Positions 1 to 15,300 of a DNA stretch of 64,000 nt are shown piece after piece. How positions within the stretch are numbered: the first letter of the stretch is position 1; each line of letters opens with the position of its first letter. The translations under genes and the position numbers were made by a program. Origin of the DNA: the human T2T-CHM13v2.0 reference genome, Homo sapiens; NCBI GenBank assembly GCA_009914755.4, contig CP068257.2, forward strand, positions 6,432,001-6,496,000, read 5' to 3'. The notes under the pieces are model-generated. The model ran no database searches. It was not told the origin of the DNA and saw only the letters and a list, made by a program, of their open reading frames with translations.

Positions 1-589
1 ATGGAATGCAATGGAATTCAATAGAATGGAATTGAATCAACACGTGTGTAATGGAATGGAATGGAATGGAATGGAATGGAGTGGAATGGAACAGAAATTT
101 ATTGAATAAACCCGAGTGGAATGCAACGGGATGGAATGGAATGGAATAGAATGGGATTGAATCAACCAGAGTGGAATGGAATGGAACAGAAAGAAATGGA
201 TTGGAATGGAATGGAATAGAATGGAATTGAAACAACGCGAGTGGAACGGAATGGAAGGGAATGGAATTGAATGGAACCGAATGTAATGTAATGGAAAGGA
301 ATAGAATGGAATTTATCAACCTGAGTGGAATGGAATGGAATGGAATGGAATGGAATGGGATGGAATAGGATGGAAATGAATCTAACCAAGTGGAATGCAA
401 TGGAATGGAATGGAATGGAATGGAATCAACATTTTGGAGTGGAATGGAATGGAATGGAATAAACCGGAGTGGAAAGGAATGGAATGGAACGGTATTCCAT
501 GGAATCAACACGAGTGGATTGGAATGGAATGGAAGGGAATACAATGGAATGGAATGCAATGGAATAGAATGGAATGGAATCAACCCGAG

Positions 590-1150
590 TGAAATGGAAT
601 GGAATGGAATGGAATGGCATTGAACGGAATGGAAATGAATCGATTGGAATGGAATGCAATCAACACAAGTGGAATGGAATGCAAAGGAATGGAATCGAAT
701 GGAATGGAATCAACACGAGTGGAATGGAATGGAATGGAATGGAAAGGAAAAGTATGAAATTGAAAAAACACGTAAGGAATGGAAAGGAATGGAATCGAAT
801 CAAATGGAATGGAATGGAATGGAGTGGAATGGAGTGGAATACAATGGAATTGAATCAACACGAGTGCAATGGAATTGAATGGAATGGAAAGGAATGGAAT
901 GGAATGGAAAGGAATGGAATCAACGCGAATGGAATGGAATGGAATGGAATGGAATGTAGGGAAAAGCAATAGAATGGAACTGATTCAACCCGAGTGGAAT
1001 GGAATGGAATGGAATAGAATGGAGTGGAATGGAATAGAATTGAATTGAATTAAAGTGAGTGGAATGGAATGGAATGGAATTTAATGGAATGAAATAGAAT
1101 TCAATTGAATCAAACCGAGTGGAATTTAACGGAATGGAATGGAATGGAAT
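590..1150. repeat. ~560-bp block near-identical to 4160-4720 (offset 3569 bp)
   Basis: ORF-track translations 574..972 and 4143..4541 are identical over 132 aa, as are 654..878 and 4223..4447. Flanks on both sides diverge. Boundaries +/-30 bp. Confidence 0.8.
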
Positions 1151-4100
1151 GGAATGGAATGAAATGAAATTGAATGGAATGGAATAGAATGGAATTGAAT
1201 CAACCCGAGTGGAATGGAATGGAATGGAATGGAAAAGAATGGAATCGAATGGAATAGAATAGAATGGAATTTAATCAACACGAGTGGAATGGAATGGAAT
1301 GGAATGAAATGGAATGGAATGCAATGGAATAGAATGGAATTAAATCAACACGAATGGAATGGAATGGAATGGAATGGAATGGAATGGAATTGAAACAACC
1401 CGAGTGGAATGGAATGGAATGGAATGGAATAGATTGGAATGGAATGGAATGGAAAGATTTGAATCAACATGAGACGAATGGAATGGAATGGAGTGGAGTG
1501 GAGTGGAGTGGAGTGGAGTGGAATGGAATGGAATTGAATGCAAAGGAAAGGAATGGAATGGAAAGGAATGGAATGGAATCAACACGAATGGAATGGAATG
1601 GAATGGAATGGAGTGAAATGCAATAGAATGGAATTGAATCAACCCGAGTGGGAATGGAATGGAATGGAATGGAATGGAATGGAATGGAATAGAATAAAAT
1701 TTTATCAACCCGTGTGAAATGCAATGGAATGGCATGGAATGGAATGGCATGGAATGGAAAGGAATGGAATGGAATGGAACGGAGTAGAATGGAATTGATT
1801 TAACCAGAGTGGAATGGAATGGAATGGTATAGAATGCAGTGGAATGTAATGGAATGGAATAGAATGGAATTGAATCAACTAAAGTGGAATGGATTGGAAT
1901 GGAATGGAATGGAATAGAAAGGAATTGAAACAACTGGAGTGGAATGGATTGGAATGGAATGCAACGGAACGGAATGGAATGCAGTGGAATTGAATGGAAT
2001 TGAATCAACCCGAGTGCTACGGAATGGAATGGAATGGAAAGGAATGGAATGGAGTGGAATGGAATGGAAAGGAATGGAACGGAATGGAATGGAATGGAAT
2101 CAATTCAACACGAATGGAATGGAATGGAATGGAATGGGGAGGAATGGAATGGAAAGGAATGGAATAGAATGTAATAGAATCAACACCGAGTGGAATGGAA
2201 TGGAATGGAATGGAATGGAATCAACTAGAGTGTAATGGAATAGAATGGAATGGAATGGAATGAAATGGAATGGAATGGAATTAAATGGAATGGAATGGAA
2301 TGGAATGAATTCAACACGAATGGAATGGAATGGAACGGAATGGAATGGAATGGAAAGGAATGGAATGGAAAGGAATGGAATACAATGGAATTGAATTAAC
2401 CCGAGTGGAATGGAATGGAATGCAATTGAATGTAATGGAATGCAACGGAATGGAATGGAATAGAATGCAATTGAATCAAGCCGAGAGGAACGGAATGGAA
2501 TGGAATGGAATGGAACGGAATGGAATGGAATGGAATGGTATCGAATTAACCCGAGTACAATGGAATGGAATGGAAATGTATGGAATGGAATGGAATGGAA
2601 TAGACTGGATTTGAATCAACCAGAGTGGAACGGAATGGAACGGAATGGAATGGAATGGAATGGAATGGAATTGAATTGAATAGTATGGAATTGAAAAAAC
2701 ACGTAAGGAATGGAATGGAATGGAATGGAATGGAATGGAGTGGAATGGAATGGAATTGAATCAACCCGATTGCAATGGAATTGAATGGAATGCAAAGGAA
2801 AGGAATGTAATGTAATGGAATGGAATGGAATAGAAAGATTTGAATAAATCTCAGAGGAATGGAATGGAATGGAAGGGAATGGAATGGAATGGAATGTACT
2901 AGAATGTAATTGAATCAACGCGAGTGGAATGCAGTGGAATGGAATGGAATGGAAAGTAATGCAATGGAATCAACCCGACTGGAATGGAATGGAATGGAAT
3001 GGAATAGAATTTAATAAACCCGTATGAAATGGAATGGAATGGCATGGAATGGAATGGCATGGAATGGAAAGGAATAGAATGGAATGGAACGGAGTAGAAT
3101 GGAATTGATTTAACCCGAGTGGAATGGAATGGAATGGTATGGAATGCAGTGCATTGGAATGGAATGGAATAGAATGGAATTGAATCAACACAAGTGGAAT
3201 GGAATGGAATGAAATGGAAAAGAATGGAATGGAATGGAATGAAATAGAATGGAATTGAAACAACCGGAGGGGAATGGATTGGAATGGAATGGAAAAGAAT
3301 GGAATGGAATGGAATGGAATGGAATGGAATGAAATAGAATGGAATTGAAACAACCGGAGGGTAATGGATTGGAATGGAATTCAATGGAATGGAATGGAAT
3401 GCAGTGCAATAGAATGGAATTGAATCAACCCGAGTGCTATGGAATGGAATGGAATGGAAAGGAATGGAATGGAATGGAATAGAATGGTATTGAATCAACA
3501 CGTGAGGAATGGAATGGAATGGAATGGAATGGAATGGTATGGAATGGAATGGAATAGAATTGAATAAACAAGAGTGTAATGGAATGGAATGGAATGGAAT
3601 GGAATAGAATGGAATTGAATCTACACGAGAAGAATGGAATGGATTGGAATGGAATGGAGTGGAATGGAATGGAATGGAATAAAACCGAGTGGAATGGAAT
3701 GGAATGGAATGGAATGGAATGGAATGGAATGGAATAGAATGAAATTGAATCAACCCGAGTGGAATGGAATGGAATGGAATGGAATTTAATGTAATGGAAT
3801 GGATTGAAATGAAATGGAACGGAATGGAATGGATTGGAATTGAATCAACCCGAGTGGAATGGAATGGAAAGGAATAGAATGGAATGGAGAAGAAGGGAAG
3901 AGAATCAACCCGATTGGAATGGAATGGAATGGCATGGAAAGGAATGGAATGGAATGGAATGGAATGCAATGGAATGGAACAGAATGGAATTGAAAGAATT
4001 GAATCAACCAGAGTAGAATGGAACGGATTGTTATGGAATGGAATGGAGTAGAATGAAATTGTATCAACCAGAGTGGAATGGAATGGAATGGATTGGAATG

Positions 4101-4159
4101 GAATGGAATGGAATGGATTGGAATGGACTTGAATAAAGCAGAGTGGAATTTAATGGAAT

Positions 4160-4720
4160 GGAATGGAATGGAATGGAATGGAATGGCATTGAACGGAATG
4201 GAATTGAATCGATTGGAATGGAATGGAATCAACACAAGTGGAATGGAATGCAAAGGAATGGAATCGAATGGAATGGAATCAACACGAGTGGAATGGAATG
4301 GAATGGAATGGAAAGGAAAAGTATGAAATTGAAAAAACACGTAAGGAATGGAAAGGAATGGAATCGAATCAAATGGAATGGAATGGAATGGAGTGGAATG
4401 GAGTGGAATACAATGGAATTGAATCAACACGAGTGCAATGGAATTGAATGGAATGGAAAGGAATGGAATGGAATGGAAAGGAATGGAATCAACGCGAATG
4501 GAATGGAATGGAATGGAATGGAATGTAGGGAAAAGCAATAGAATGGAACTGATTCAACCCGAGTGGAATGGAATGGAATGGAATAGAATGGAGTGGAATG
4601 GAATAGAATTGAATTGAATTAAAGTGAGTGGAATGGAATGGAATGGAATTTAATGGAATGGAATAGAATTCAATTGAATCAAACCGAGTGGAATTTAACG
4701 GAATGGAATGGAATGGAATG
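4160..4720. repeat. Second copy of the ~560-bp block (paralog of 590-1150)
   Basis: Same as above; read directly from the sequence lines (gaaaagcaatagaatggaactgattcaacccgagtgg... is shared). Confidence 0.8.
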
Positions 4721-7700
4721 GAATGGAATGGAATCAACCCGAGTGGAATGGAATGGAATGCAATGGAATGGAATGGAATGGAATAGAATGGAATTGAATC
4801 AACCCGAGTGGGATGGAATGGAATGGAATGCAATGGAATGCAATGGAATAGAATGAAATTGAATCAACCCGAGTGGAAAGGAATGGAATGCAATGGAATA
4901 GAATGGAATGGAATCAACACGAGTGGAATGGAATGGAATGGAATGGAATGGAATGGAATAGAATGGAATTGAATCAACGAAAGAGGAATGGAAAGGAATG
5001 GAATGGAATGGAATGGAATGGAATGGAATAGAAAGGAATTGAATCAACCCGAGTGGATTGGAATGGATTGGAATGCAATGTAGTGGAATGGAGTAGAATG
5101 GAATTGAGTCAACTCGAGTGGAATGGAATGGAATGGAAAGGAAAGGAATGGAATGCAATGGAATGGAATGCAATGGAATCAACCCGAGTGGAATGGAATG
5201 GAATGCAATGTAATGGAATGGAGTGGAATGGAATAGAATGCAATTGAATCAACTCAAGTTGAGTGGAATAGAATGGAATGGAATGGAATGGAATGGAATG
5301 GAATGAAATTCGATCAACGCGGGTGGAATGGAATGGAATTGCATGGAATGAAATGCAATGTTATGGAATGGAATCAACCCGAATGGAATATAATGGAATG
5401 GAATGGAATGCAGTGAAATGGATTGGAAAAGAATAGAATAGAATTGAATCAACCAGAGTGGAATGGAATGGATTGGAATGGAATCAATTTGAATGGAATG
5501 GAATGGAATGGAAAGGAATGAAATGGAAAGAAATGGAATGGAATCCAATGTAATGGAATAGAATGGAATTGCATCAACCCAAATGGAATGGAATGGAATG
5601 GATTCGAATGGAATGGAATGGAATGCAATGGAATGGAATGGAATCAACCCGATTGGATTGGAATGGAATGGAATGAATTGGAGTGGAATGAAATGTATTG
5701 GAATGGAATGGAATGGAATGGAATCGAATGGAATGGAGTGGAATTGATTAGAATGGAATGGAATGGAATGTAATGGAATCAACCCGAATGGAATGCAATG
5801 GAATGGAATGGAATAGAATGGAATGGAATGCAATGGAAGGGTATCAACCAGAGTCGAGTTGAATGCAGTGGAATGGAACGGAATGGAATGGAAAGGAATG
5901 GGATGCAATAGTATGGAAATGAATCAACTGAAATGGAATGGAATTGAATGGAATGGAATGAAATGGAATGGAAAGGAATGGAATGGAATGGAATGGCATG
6001 GAATGGATGGAAAGGAATCAACACGAGTGGAATGGAAAAGAATGGAATGGAATGAAATGGAATGGAATGGAACAGAATGGAATTGAATCAACACGAGTGG
6101 AAGGGAAAGGAATGGAATGGAATTGAATGGAATGAATTGGATTTGAGACAACTGGAATGGAATGGAATGGCATGGAATGTTTTGAAAGGAATCAACCTGA
6201 GTGGAGTGGAATGGAATGGAATGGAATAGAATGGATTGGAATTAACCCAAGTGGAATGGAATGGAATGGAATGCAATGGAATGGAATGGAATGGAAAGGA
6301 ATGGAATAGAATGGAATTGAAAAAACTGAAATGGAAATGAATGGAATTTAATGGTATGGAATGGAATGGAATGGAATGGAGTGGAATGGAATGGAATTGA
6401 ACCAACCCCAGTGGAATGGAATGGAATGTAATAGAATGGAGTAGAATGGAATTGAATCAACAGGAATGGACTGGAATAGAATGGAATGGAATTGAAGCAA
6501 CCCGAGTTGAATGGAATGGAATGGAATGGAATGGAGTGGAATGGAATGCAATGGAAGAGAATGGAATTGAATCAACAGGAATGGAACGGAATGGAATGGA
6601 ATGGAGTGGAATAGAATCAACCCGAGTGGAGAGGAATGGAATGGAATAGAATTGAATTGAATCAAACCGAGTGGAATGGAATGGAATGGACTAGACTGGA
6701 ATGGAATGGAATAGAATGGAATTTAATCAACTGGAATGGAATGGAATGGAATGGAGTAGAATGGAATGGAATAGATTGGAATTGAATGAACTGGAATGGA
6801 ATGGAATGGAATTGAATGGAATTAAATCAATGGTAACGGAATGGAATGGAATGGAATGGAATGGAGTGGAATGGAATGGAATTTAATCAACCCGAGTGGA
6901 ATGCAAAGGAATGGAATGGAGTGCAATAGAATGGAATTGAATCAACGCTGGTGGAATGGAATGGAGTGGAATGGAATGGAATGGAATGGAAGGGAATGGA
7001 ATGGAATAAAATAGAATTGAATCTACCAGAGTGGAAAGGATTGGAATGGAAAGGAATGAAATGGAATGAAACAGAATTGAATTGAAGTAACTCGAGTGGA
7101 ATGGAATGGAAAGGAATGGAATGGAGTATAATGGAATGGGATGGAATGGAATGGAATGGAATGGAATAGAATGGAATGGAATTGAATTGAATTGAATGAA
7201 CAGCAATGGAATGGAAGGACTGGAATGGAATGGAATAGAAAGGAATTGATCTAAGGGAATGGAATGGAATGGAATGGAATGGAATAGAATGGAATAGAAT
7301 GGAATGGAATAGAATTGAATTGAATGAACTGGAATGGAATGGAATGGAATGGAGTAGAATGGAATGAAGTAGAATTGAATCAAGGGGAAAGGAATGGACT
7401 GGAATGGAATGGAATGGAAAGGAATGGAGTGGAATGCAATGGGATTGAGTGAACCCGTGTGGAATGGAATGGAGTGGAATGGAATGGAATGGAATTCAAT
7501 CAAACCAAGGGGAATGGAATGGAATGGAATTGAATGGAGTGGAATAAAAGAGAATGGAATTGAATCAACCCGAGTGGAATGGAATGGAATGGAATGGAAT
7601 GGAATGGAATGGAATGGAATGGAATGCAATGGAATAAAAAAGAAATTAATCAACCCGAGTGGAATGGAATGGATTGGATTGGAATGGAATGGAGTACAAT

Positions 7701-10700
7701 GGAATTGCATCAACTCGAGTGGAATGGAATGGAATCGAATGGAATGGAATGGAACCAACCCGAGTGGAATTGAATGGAATGGAAAGAATGGAATGGAATG
7801 CAATGGAAAGGAATGGAATTGAATCAACCCGAGTTGAGTGGTATGGAATGCAAAGGAATGGAATGCAGTGGAATGGAGTAGAATGGAATTGAATCAACAA
7901 AAGTGGAGTAGAGTGGAATGTAATATAATGGAATGGAATGGAATAGAATGGAATTAAATCAAATCGAGTGGAATGGAATGGAATTGAAGTGAATGGAATG
8001 GAATGGAATGGAATAGAATGGAAATGAATCAACTGGATTGGAATGGAATGGAATTGAAACAAACCAAGTGGAGTGGAATGGAATGGAATGAAATGGAATG
8101 GAATGGAATGGAATAGAATGGAATTGAATGAAGTGGAATGGAATGGAATGGAGTGGAATAGAATTGAATGAAGCTGCGTGGAACGGAATGAACTGGAATG
8201 GAATGGAATGGAATGGAATTGAATGGAATATAATGAAACTGGATCAACCAGAGTGGAAAGGGATGGAATGGAATGTAAAGGAATGGAATGCAATGGATTG
8301 GAAAGGAATGCACTTGAATAAACCCGAATGGAATGGAATGGAATGGAATGGAATGGAATCAACCCGAGTGGAATCGAATGGAATGGAATGCAATGGAATC
8401 AACTGGAAGGGAATTGAATGGAATGGAATGGTATAGATTGGAATTGAATCAATACCAGTGGAATGGAATAGAATGCATTTGAATCAACCCGAGTGCAATG
8501 GAATAGAAAGGAATGGAATGGAATGGAAAGGAATGGAATGGAATGGAATAGAATGAAACTGAATCAAACCGAGGGGAAGGGAATGGAATTGAATGGAATA
8601 GAATGGAATGGAATGGAATAGAAAGGAATTGAATCAACCCGAGTGGAATGTAATGAAATGGAATGGAATGGAATGGAGTGGAGTAGATTGGATTTGAAAC
8701 AAACCGAGTGTAAAGGAAAGGAATGGAATGGAATGGAATAGAATTGAATTCAAACAAAACGAGTGGAATGGAATGGAATGGAATGGAATGGAATGGAATG
8801 GAATGGAATGGATTGGAGTGGAATGGAATGGATTGGAGTGGAATGTAATAGAATGCAGTTGAATCAACCCGATTGGAATGGAATGGAATGGAATGGAATG
8901 GAATGGAACAGAATGCAATTGAATCAACCAGAGAGGAATACAATGGAATGGAATGGAATAGAATGGAATGGAAAATAATGGAATTGAATCAACCTGAGTA
9001 GAATGGAATGGAATGGAATGGAAAGGAATGAAATGGAATGGAACGGAATGGAATAGAATGGAATTCAATCAATCCAAGTGGAATGAAATGGAATGGAATG
9101 AAATGGAATGGAATGGAAAGGAATGGAATGGAATGGAATGGAATGGAATGGAATGCAATGGAATAGAATGGAATGGCATCAACCCGTGTGGAATGGAATG
9201 CAAAGGAATGGATTGGAATGGAATAGAAAGGATTTGAATGGAGTGGAAGGGAATGGAATGGAGTGAAATGGAATAGAATGGAATGGAATCAACCAGAGTG
9301 GAATGGAATGGAATCCAATGCAATGGAATGGATGGAATGCAATAGAATGTAATGGAATCAACTCGAGTGGAACGAAATGGAATTGAATGGAATGCAAAAG
9401 AATGGAATGGAATGCACTCGGTGGAATGGAATGGTATGGAATGGAGTGAAATGCAAAAGAAAGATTTGAATCAACCGGAGTGGAGTTGAGTGGAATGGAA
9501 TAAAATGGAATGGAATGGAATGGAATTTGGTCAACCCGCGTGGAATGGAATGAAATGGAATGGAATGGAATTCAACCGAGTGGAATGGAATGGAATGGAA
9601 TGGAATGGAATGGAATGGAATGGAATGGAATAGAATGGAATTGAGTCAACACGTGTGGAATGGAATGGAATGGAATGGAATGGAATGGAATGGAATGGAA
9701 AGGAATGCAATGGAATAGATTGTAATTGAATCAACGTGAGTGGAATGGAATGGATTGGAATGGAATGGAATGGAATATAACGAAATAGAATCAACGCAAG
9801 TGGAATGGAATGGAATGGTACTGAATGGAATGGAATGGAATAGAATTGAATTAACCCGAGTGGAATGGAATGGAATGGAATGGAATAATATGGAATGGAA
9901 TGGAATTTAATGGAATGGAATAGAATAGAAATGAATCAACCCGAGTGGAATGGAATGAAATGGAATAGAATGGAATGGAATGGAAGAGAGTGGAATTGAA
10001 TCAACCCGAGTGGAAAGGAATGCAATGGACTGGAATGGAATGGAATAGAATGGAATTGAATCAACCCGAGTGGAATGGAGTAGAGTGGAATGGATTGGAA
10101 TGGAAAGGAATGGAATAGTATAAATTGAATCAACCCGTGTGGAATGGAAGGGAATGGAATTGAATGGAACGGAATGGAATGGATTGGGAAGGAATAGAAT
10201 GGAATCAACCCAAGTGGAATGGATTGGAATGGAATGGATTGGAATGGTATGGAATGGAATGGAATAGAATGCAATTGAATCAACATGAATGCAAAGGAAT
10301 GGAATGGAATGGAATAGAATGGAATTGAATCAACCCGAGTAGAATTGAATGGAATGGAATACAATGGAATGTAAGGGAATCAACACGAATGGAATATAAT
10401 GGAAGGGAATGGAATGGAATGGAAGGGAATGAAAAGGAATGGAATGGAATAGAATGGAATTGAATCAACCGGAGTGGATTGCAATGGAATGAAATGGAAT
10501 GAAATGGAATGGAATGGAATGGAATGGAATCAATCTCAATGGAATGGAATGGAATCAATCTCAATGGAATGGAATGGAATGGAATGGAGTGGAATGGAAT
10601 AGAATGGAATGGAATCAAACAGAGTGGAATGGAATGCAATGGAATGGAATGGAATGGAATGGTTGAATTGCAATAGAATGGAATGGAATCTACTCGAGTG

Positions 10701-11477
10701 GAATGGAATGGAATTGAAAGGAATGCAATAGAATGGAATGGAATCCTCTCGAGTGGAATGGAATGGTATGGATTGGAGTGAAATGCAATAAACAGGACTT
10801 GAATCAACCCGAGTGGAGTGGAGTGGAATGGAATGGAATGGAATGGAATGGAATGGAATGGAATGCAATGGAATGGCATTCAATCAATCCAAGGGGAATG
10901 GAATGGAATGGAATTGAATGGAATGGAATGCAATGGAATGGCATTCAATCAATCCAAGGGGAATGGAATGGAATGGAATTGAATGGAATGGAATAGAATA
11001 GAATGGAATTGAATCAATCCGAGTGGAATGGAATGGAATGGAATGGAATGGAATAGAAAAGAATTGAATTAACCCGAGTGGAATGGAATGGATAAGAATG
11101 GAATGGAGTAGAATGGAATTGAATCAACTCGAGTGAAATGGAATGGAAACGAATGGAATGGAATGGAACCAACCCGAATGGAATTGAATGGAATGGAATG
11201 GAAAGGAAAGGAATGGAAAGGAATGGAATGGAAAGGAATGGAATGGAATGCAAAGGAAAGGCATGGAATTGAATCAACCTGAGTTGAGTGGAATGGAATG
11301 CAATGGAATGAAATGCAGTGGAATGGAGTAGAAAGGAATTGAATCAACCAAAATGGAGTGGAATGTAATGTAATGTAATGGAATGGAATGGAATAGAATG
11401 GAATTGAATCAAATCGAGTGGAATGAAATGGAGTTGAAGTGAATGGAATAGAATGGAATGGAATGGAATGGAATGGA

Positions 11478-12000
11478 ATGGAATGGAAAGGCAGGGAATG
11501 GAATGGTTTGGAACAGAATGGAATTGATTTAACCCGAGTGGAATGGAATGGAATGGTAAGGAATGGAGTGGAATGGAATGGAATGGAATGGAATGCAGTG
11601 GAATAGAATGGAATTGAATCAACCCAAGTGGAAAGGAATGGAATGGAATGGAATGGAATGGAATAGAATGGAACTGAATCAACCTGAGTGGATTGGAATG
11701 GAATGGAATGGAATGGAATGTAATGTAATGTAATGTAATGTAATGTAATGTAATGTAATGTAATGTAATGTAATGGAAAGGCAGGGAATGGAATGGTTTG
11801 GAACAGAATGGAATTGATTTAACCCGAGTGGAATGGAATGGAATGGTAAGGAATGGAGTGGAATGGAATGGAATGGAATGCAGTGGAATAGAATGGAATT
11901 GAATCAACCCAAATGGAAAGGAATGGAATGGAATGGAATAGAATGGAATTGAAACAACCTGAGTGGATTGGAATGGAATGGAATGGAATGGAATGGAATG
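11478..12000. repeat. Two ~240-bp near-identical satellite sub-blocks (11478-11720 and 11776-12000) separated by a (TAATG)11 run
   Basis: ggaaaggcagggaatggaatggtttggaacagaatggaattgatttaacccgagtggaatggaatggaatggtaaggaatggagtgg... occurs twice. Boundaries +/-15 bp. Confidence 0.8.
11721..11775 (+). repeat. (TAATG)11 variant-pentamer microsatellite inside HSat3
   Basis: taatgtaatgtaatg... x11, read directly. One substitution from the GAATG register. A smaller (TAATG)3 lies at ~11357-11375. Confidence 0.9.
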
Positions 12001-12384
12001 GAATGAAATGGAATGGAATGGAATGGAATGGAATCAAAGCGAGTGGAGTGGAATTGAATGGAATGGAATGGAATGGAAAGGAATGGAATCAAATGGAATA
12101 GAATGGAATTGAATCAACACAAGTGGAAGGGAAGAGAATGGAATGGAACGGAATAGAATGGAATGGGATGGAATGGAATAGAATGGAATGGAATAGAATG
12201 GAATTGAATCAACCCGAGTGGAATGGAATGGAATGGAATGCAGTGGCGTGGAATGGAATGGCATGTAATGAAATGGAATAGAAGGGAATTGAATCAACCC
12301 GAGTATAAAGGAATATAATGCAATGCAATGGCAATGAATGGAATTGCAGGTAATGGAATGGAATAGAGTGGAATTGAATCACCC

Positions 12385-15300
12385 CGAGTGGAATGGAATG
12401 GAATGGAATGGAATGGAATGGAATGGAATGGAATGGAATGGAAAGGAATGGAGTGGAATGGAATTTAAAGGAATGGAATGGAAAGGAAAGGAATGGAAAG
12501 GAATGGAGTGGAATGGAATTTAAAGGAATGGAATGGAAAGGAAAGGAATGGAAAGGAATGGAATGGAATGCAAACAACCCGAATGGAATGGAATGGAATG
12601 GAATGGAATGGAATGTAAAAGAATGGATTGAAATGCAATAGAAAGGAATTGAAACAACCCGAGTGGAATGGAATGGAAAGGAATGGAATGGAATTGAAGT
12701 AATGTGAGTGGAATGGAATGGAATTGAAGTAATGTGAGTGGAATGGAATGGAATGGAATAGAATGGAATTGAATCAACCAGAGTTGAGTGGAATGGAATG
12801 GAATGGAATGGAATGAAATGGAAAGGAATGGAATGGAATGGAATGGAATGGAATGGAACTGAATCAACCCGAGTGGAATGGAATGTAATGAAATGGAATG
12901 AAATGAAATGTAATGTAATGGAATGGAATGGAATGGAATGGAATGGAATGGAATGGGACGGAATAGATTGGAAATGAATCAACACCAGTGGAATGGAATG
13001 GAATGGAATGGAATGGAATGGAATGGATTGGAGTGGAATGGAATAGAATGCAATTGAATCAACACGAGTACAATGGAATGGAAATGAATGGAATGGAATG
13101 GAAAGGAATGGAATGGAATGGAATGCAATGGAATAGAATGGAATGGAATGGAGTGGAATTGAAACAAACCGAGTGGAACGGAATTGAATTGAATGGAATA
13201 GGGTGGAACTGAATCATACGGATGGGAATGGAATGGAATGGAATGGAGTGGAATGGAATGGAATGGAATGGAATGGAGTGGAATGGAATGGAATGGAATG
13301 GAATGGAATAGAATGGAATGGAATGGAAGAGAAAGGAATTGAATCAACCAGAGTGGAATGGAATGTAGTGGAATGCAATGGAATGGAATGGAAAGGAATG
13401 GAATGGAGTGGAGTAGATGATTGGATTTGGAACAAACCGAGTGGAACACAATGAAACGGAATGGAATAGAATTGAATTGAAAAAAACCGAATGGAATGGA
13501 ATGCAATGGAATGGAATAGAATGGAATAGAATAGAATGGAAATGAATCAACCCATGTGGAATGGAATGGAATGGATTGGAATGAAATGGAATGGAATGGA
13601 ATGGTTTGGAATAGAATGTAATAGAATTCAGTTGAATCAACACGATTGGAATGGAATGGAATGGAATGGATCAGAATGCAATTGAATCAACCAGAGAGGA
13701 ATGGAATGGAATGGAATGCAATGGAATGGAATGAAACGGAATGAATCAACACGAGTGGAATGGAATGGAATGGAATGGAATGGAATGGAATGGAATAGGA
13801 TAGAATGGAAATGAATCAACCCATGTGGAATCGAATGGAATGGATTGGAATGAAATGGAATGGAATTGAATGGATTGGAGTAGAATGTAATAGAATTCAG
13901 TTGAATCAACACGATTGGAATGGAAAGGAATGGAATGGAATGGAATGGATCAGAATGCAATTTAATCAAACTGAGAGGAATGGAATGGAATGCAATTAAA
14001 TGGAATGGAATGGAATGGAATGGAAGTGAAAGGAATGGAGTGAAGTGCAATAGAATAGAATTGAATCAACGTAGGGGAATGGAATGGAATGGAATGGAAA
14101 GGAATGGAATGGATTCGAATGGAATGGAATGGAATGGAATTATATGCAATAGAATGGAATGGAATGGAATGAAAACGAATTTAATGGAATGGAATGGAAA
14201 GGAATCTAATAGAATTGAATTGAATCAACCCCAGTGGAGAGGAATGGTATTTAATGGAATGGAATGGAATGGAATGGAATGAAATGGAATGGAGTAGTAT
14301 GGAATTGAATCAACCCGAGTGGAATGGAATGGAATTGAATGGAATGGAATTGAATGGAGTAGAGTGGAATTGAAACAAACCGAGTGGAACGGAATTGAAA
14401 GGAATGGAATAGAATGGAATTGAAACAAGCCGAGTGGAATGGAATGGAACGGAATGGAATGGAATGCAATAGCATGGAATGGAATGGAATGGAATATAAT
14501 GGAATGGAATGGAATAGAAAGGCATTGAATTAACCCGAGTGGAATGGAATGGAATGGAATGGAACGGAATGGAATGGAATGGAATAGAATGGAGTAGAAT
14601 GGAATTGAAACAAACCGAGTGGAACGGAATTGAATGGAATGGAATAGAATTGAATTGAATCAAATCGAGTGGAATGGAATGAAATGGAATGGAATGGAAT
14701 GGAATGGAATGGAATAGAATGGAATGGAATGGAATGGAATGAAATAGAATGGAATGGAGTCAACACATGTGGAATGGAATGGAATGGAATGCTTTGGAAT
14801 TCAATGGATTTGAGTGGAATGAAATAGAATGCAGTTGAATCAACACGAGCAGAATGAAATGGAATGGAATGGTATGGAATGGAAGAGAATGCAAATGAAT
14901 CAACCTGAGTGGAATGGAATGGAATGGAATGGAATGGAATGGAATGGAATGGAAAGGAATGGAGTGGAATGGAATTTAAAGGAATGGAATGGAAAGGAAA
15001 GGAATGGAAAGGAATGGAGTGGAATGGAATTTAAAGGAATGGAATGGAAAGGAAAGGAATGGAAAGGAATGGAATGGAATGCAAACAACCCGAATGGAAT
15101 GGAATGGAATGGAATGGAATGGAATGTAAAAGAATGGATTGAAATGCAATAGAAAGGAATTGAAACAACCCGAGTGGAATGGAATGGAAAGGAATGGAAT
15201 GGAATTGAAGTAATGTGAGTGGAATGGAATGGAATTGAAGTAATGTGAGTGGAATGGAATGGAATGGAATAGAATGGAATTGAATCAACCAGAGTTGAGT

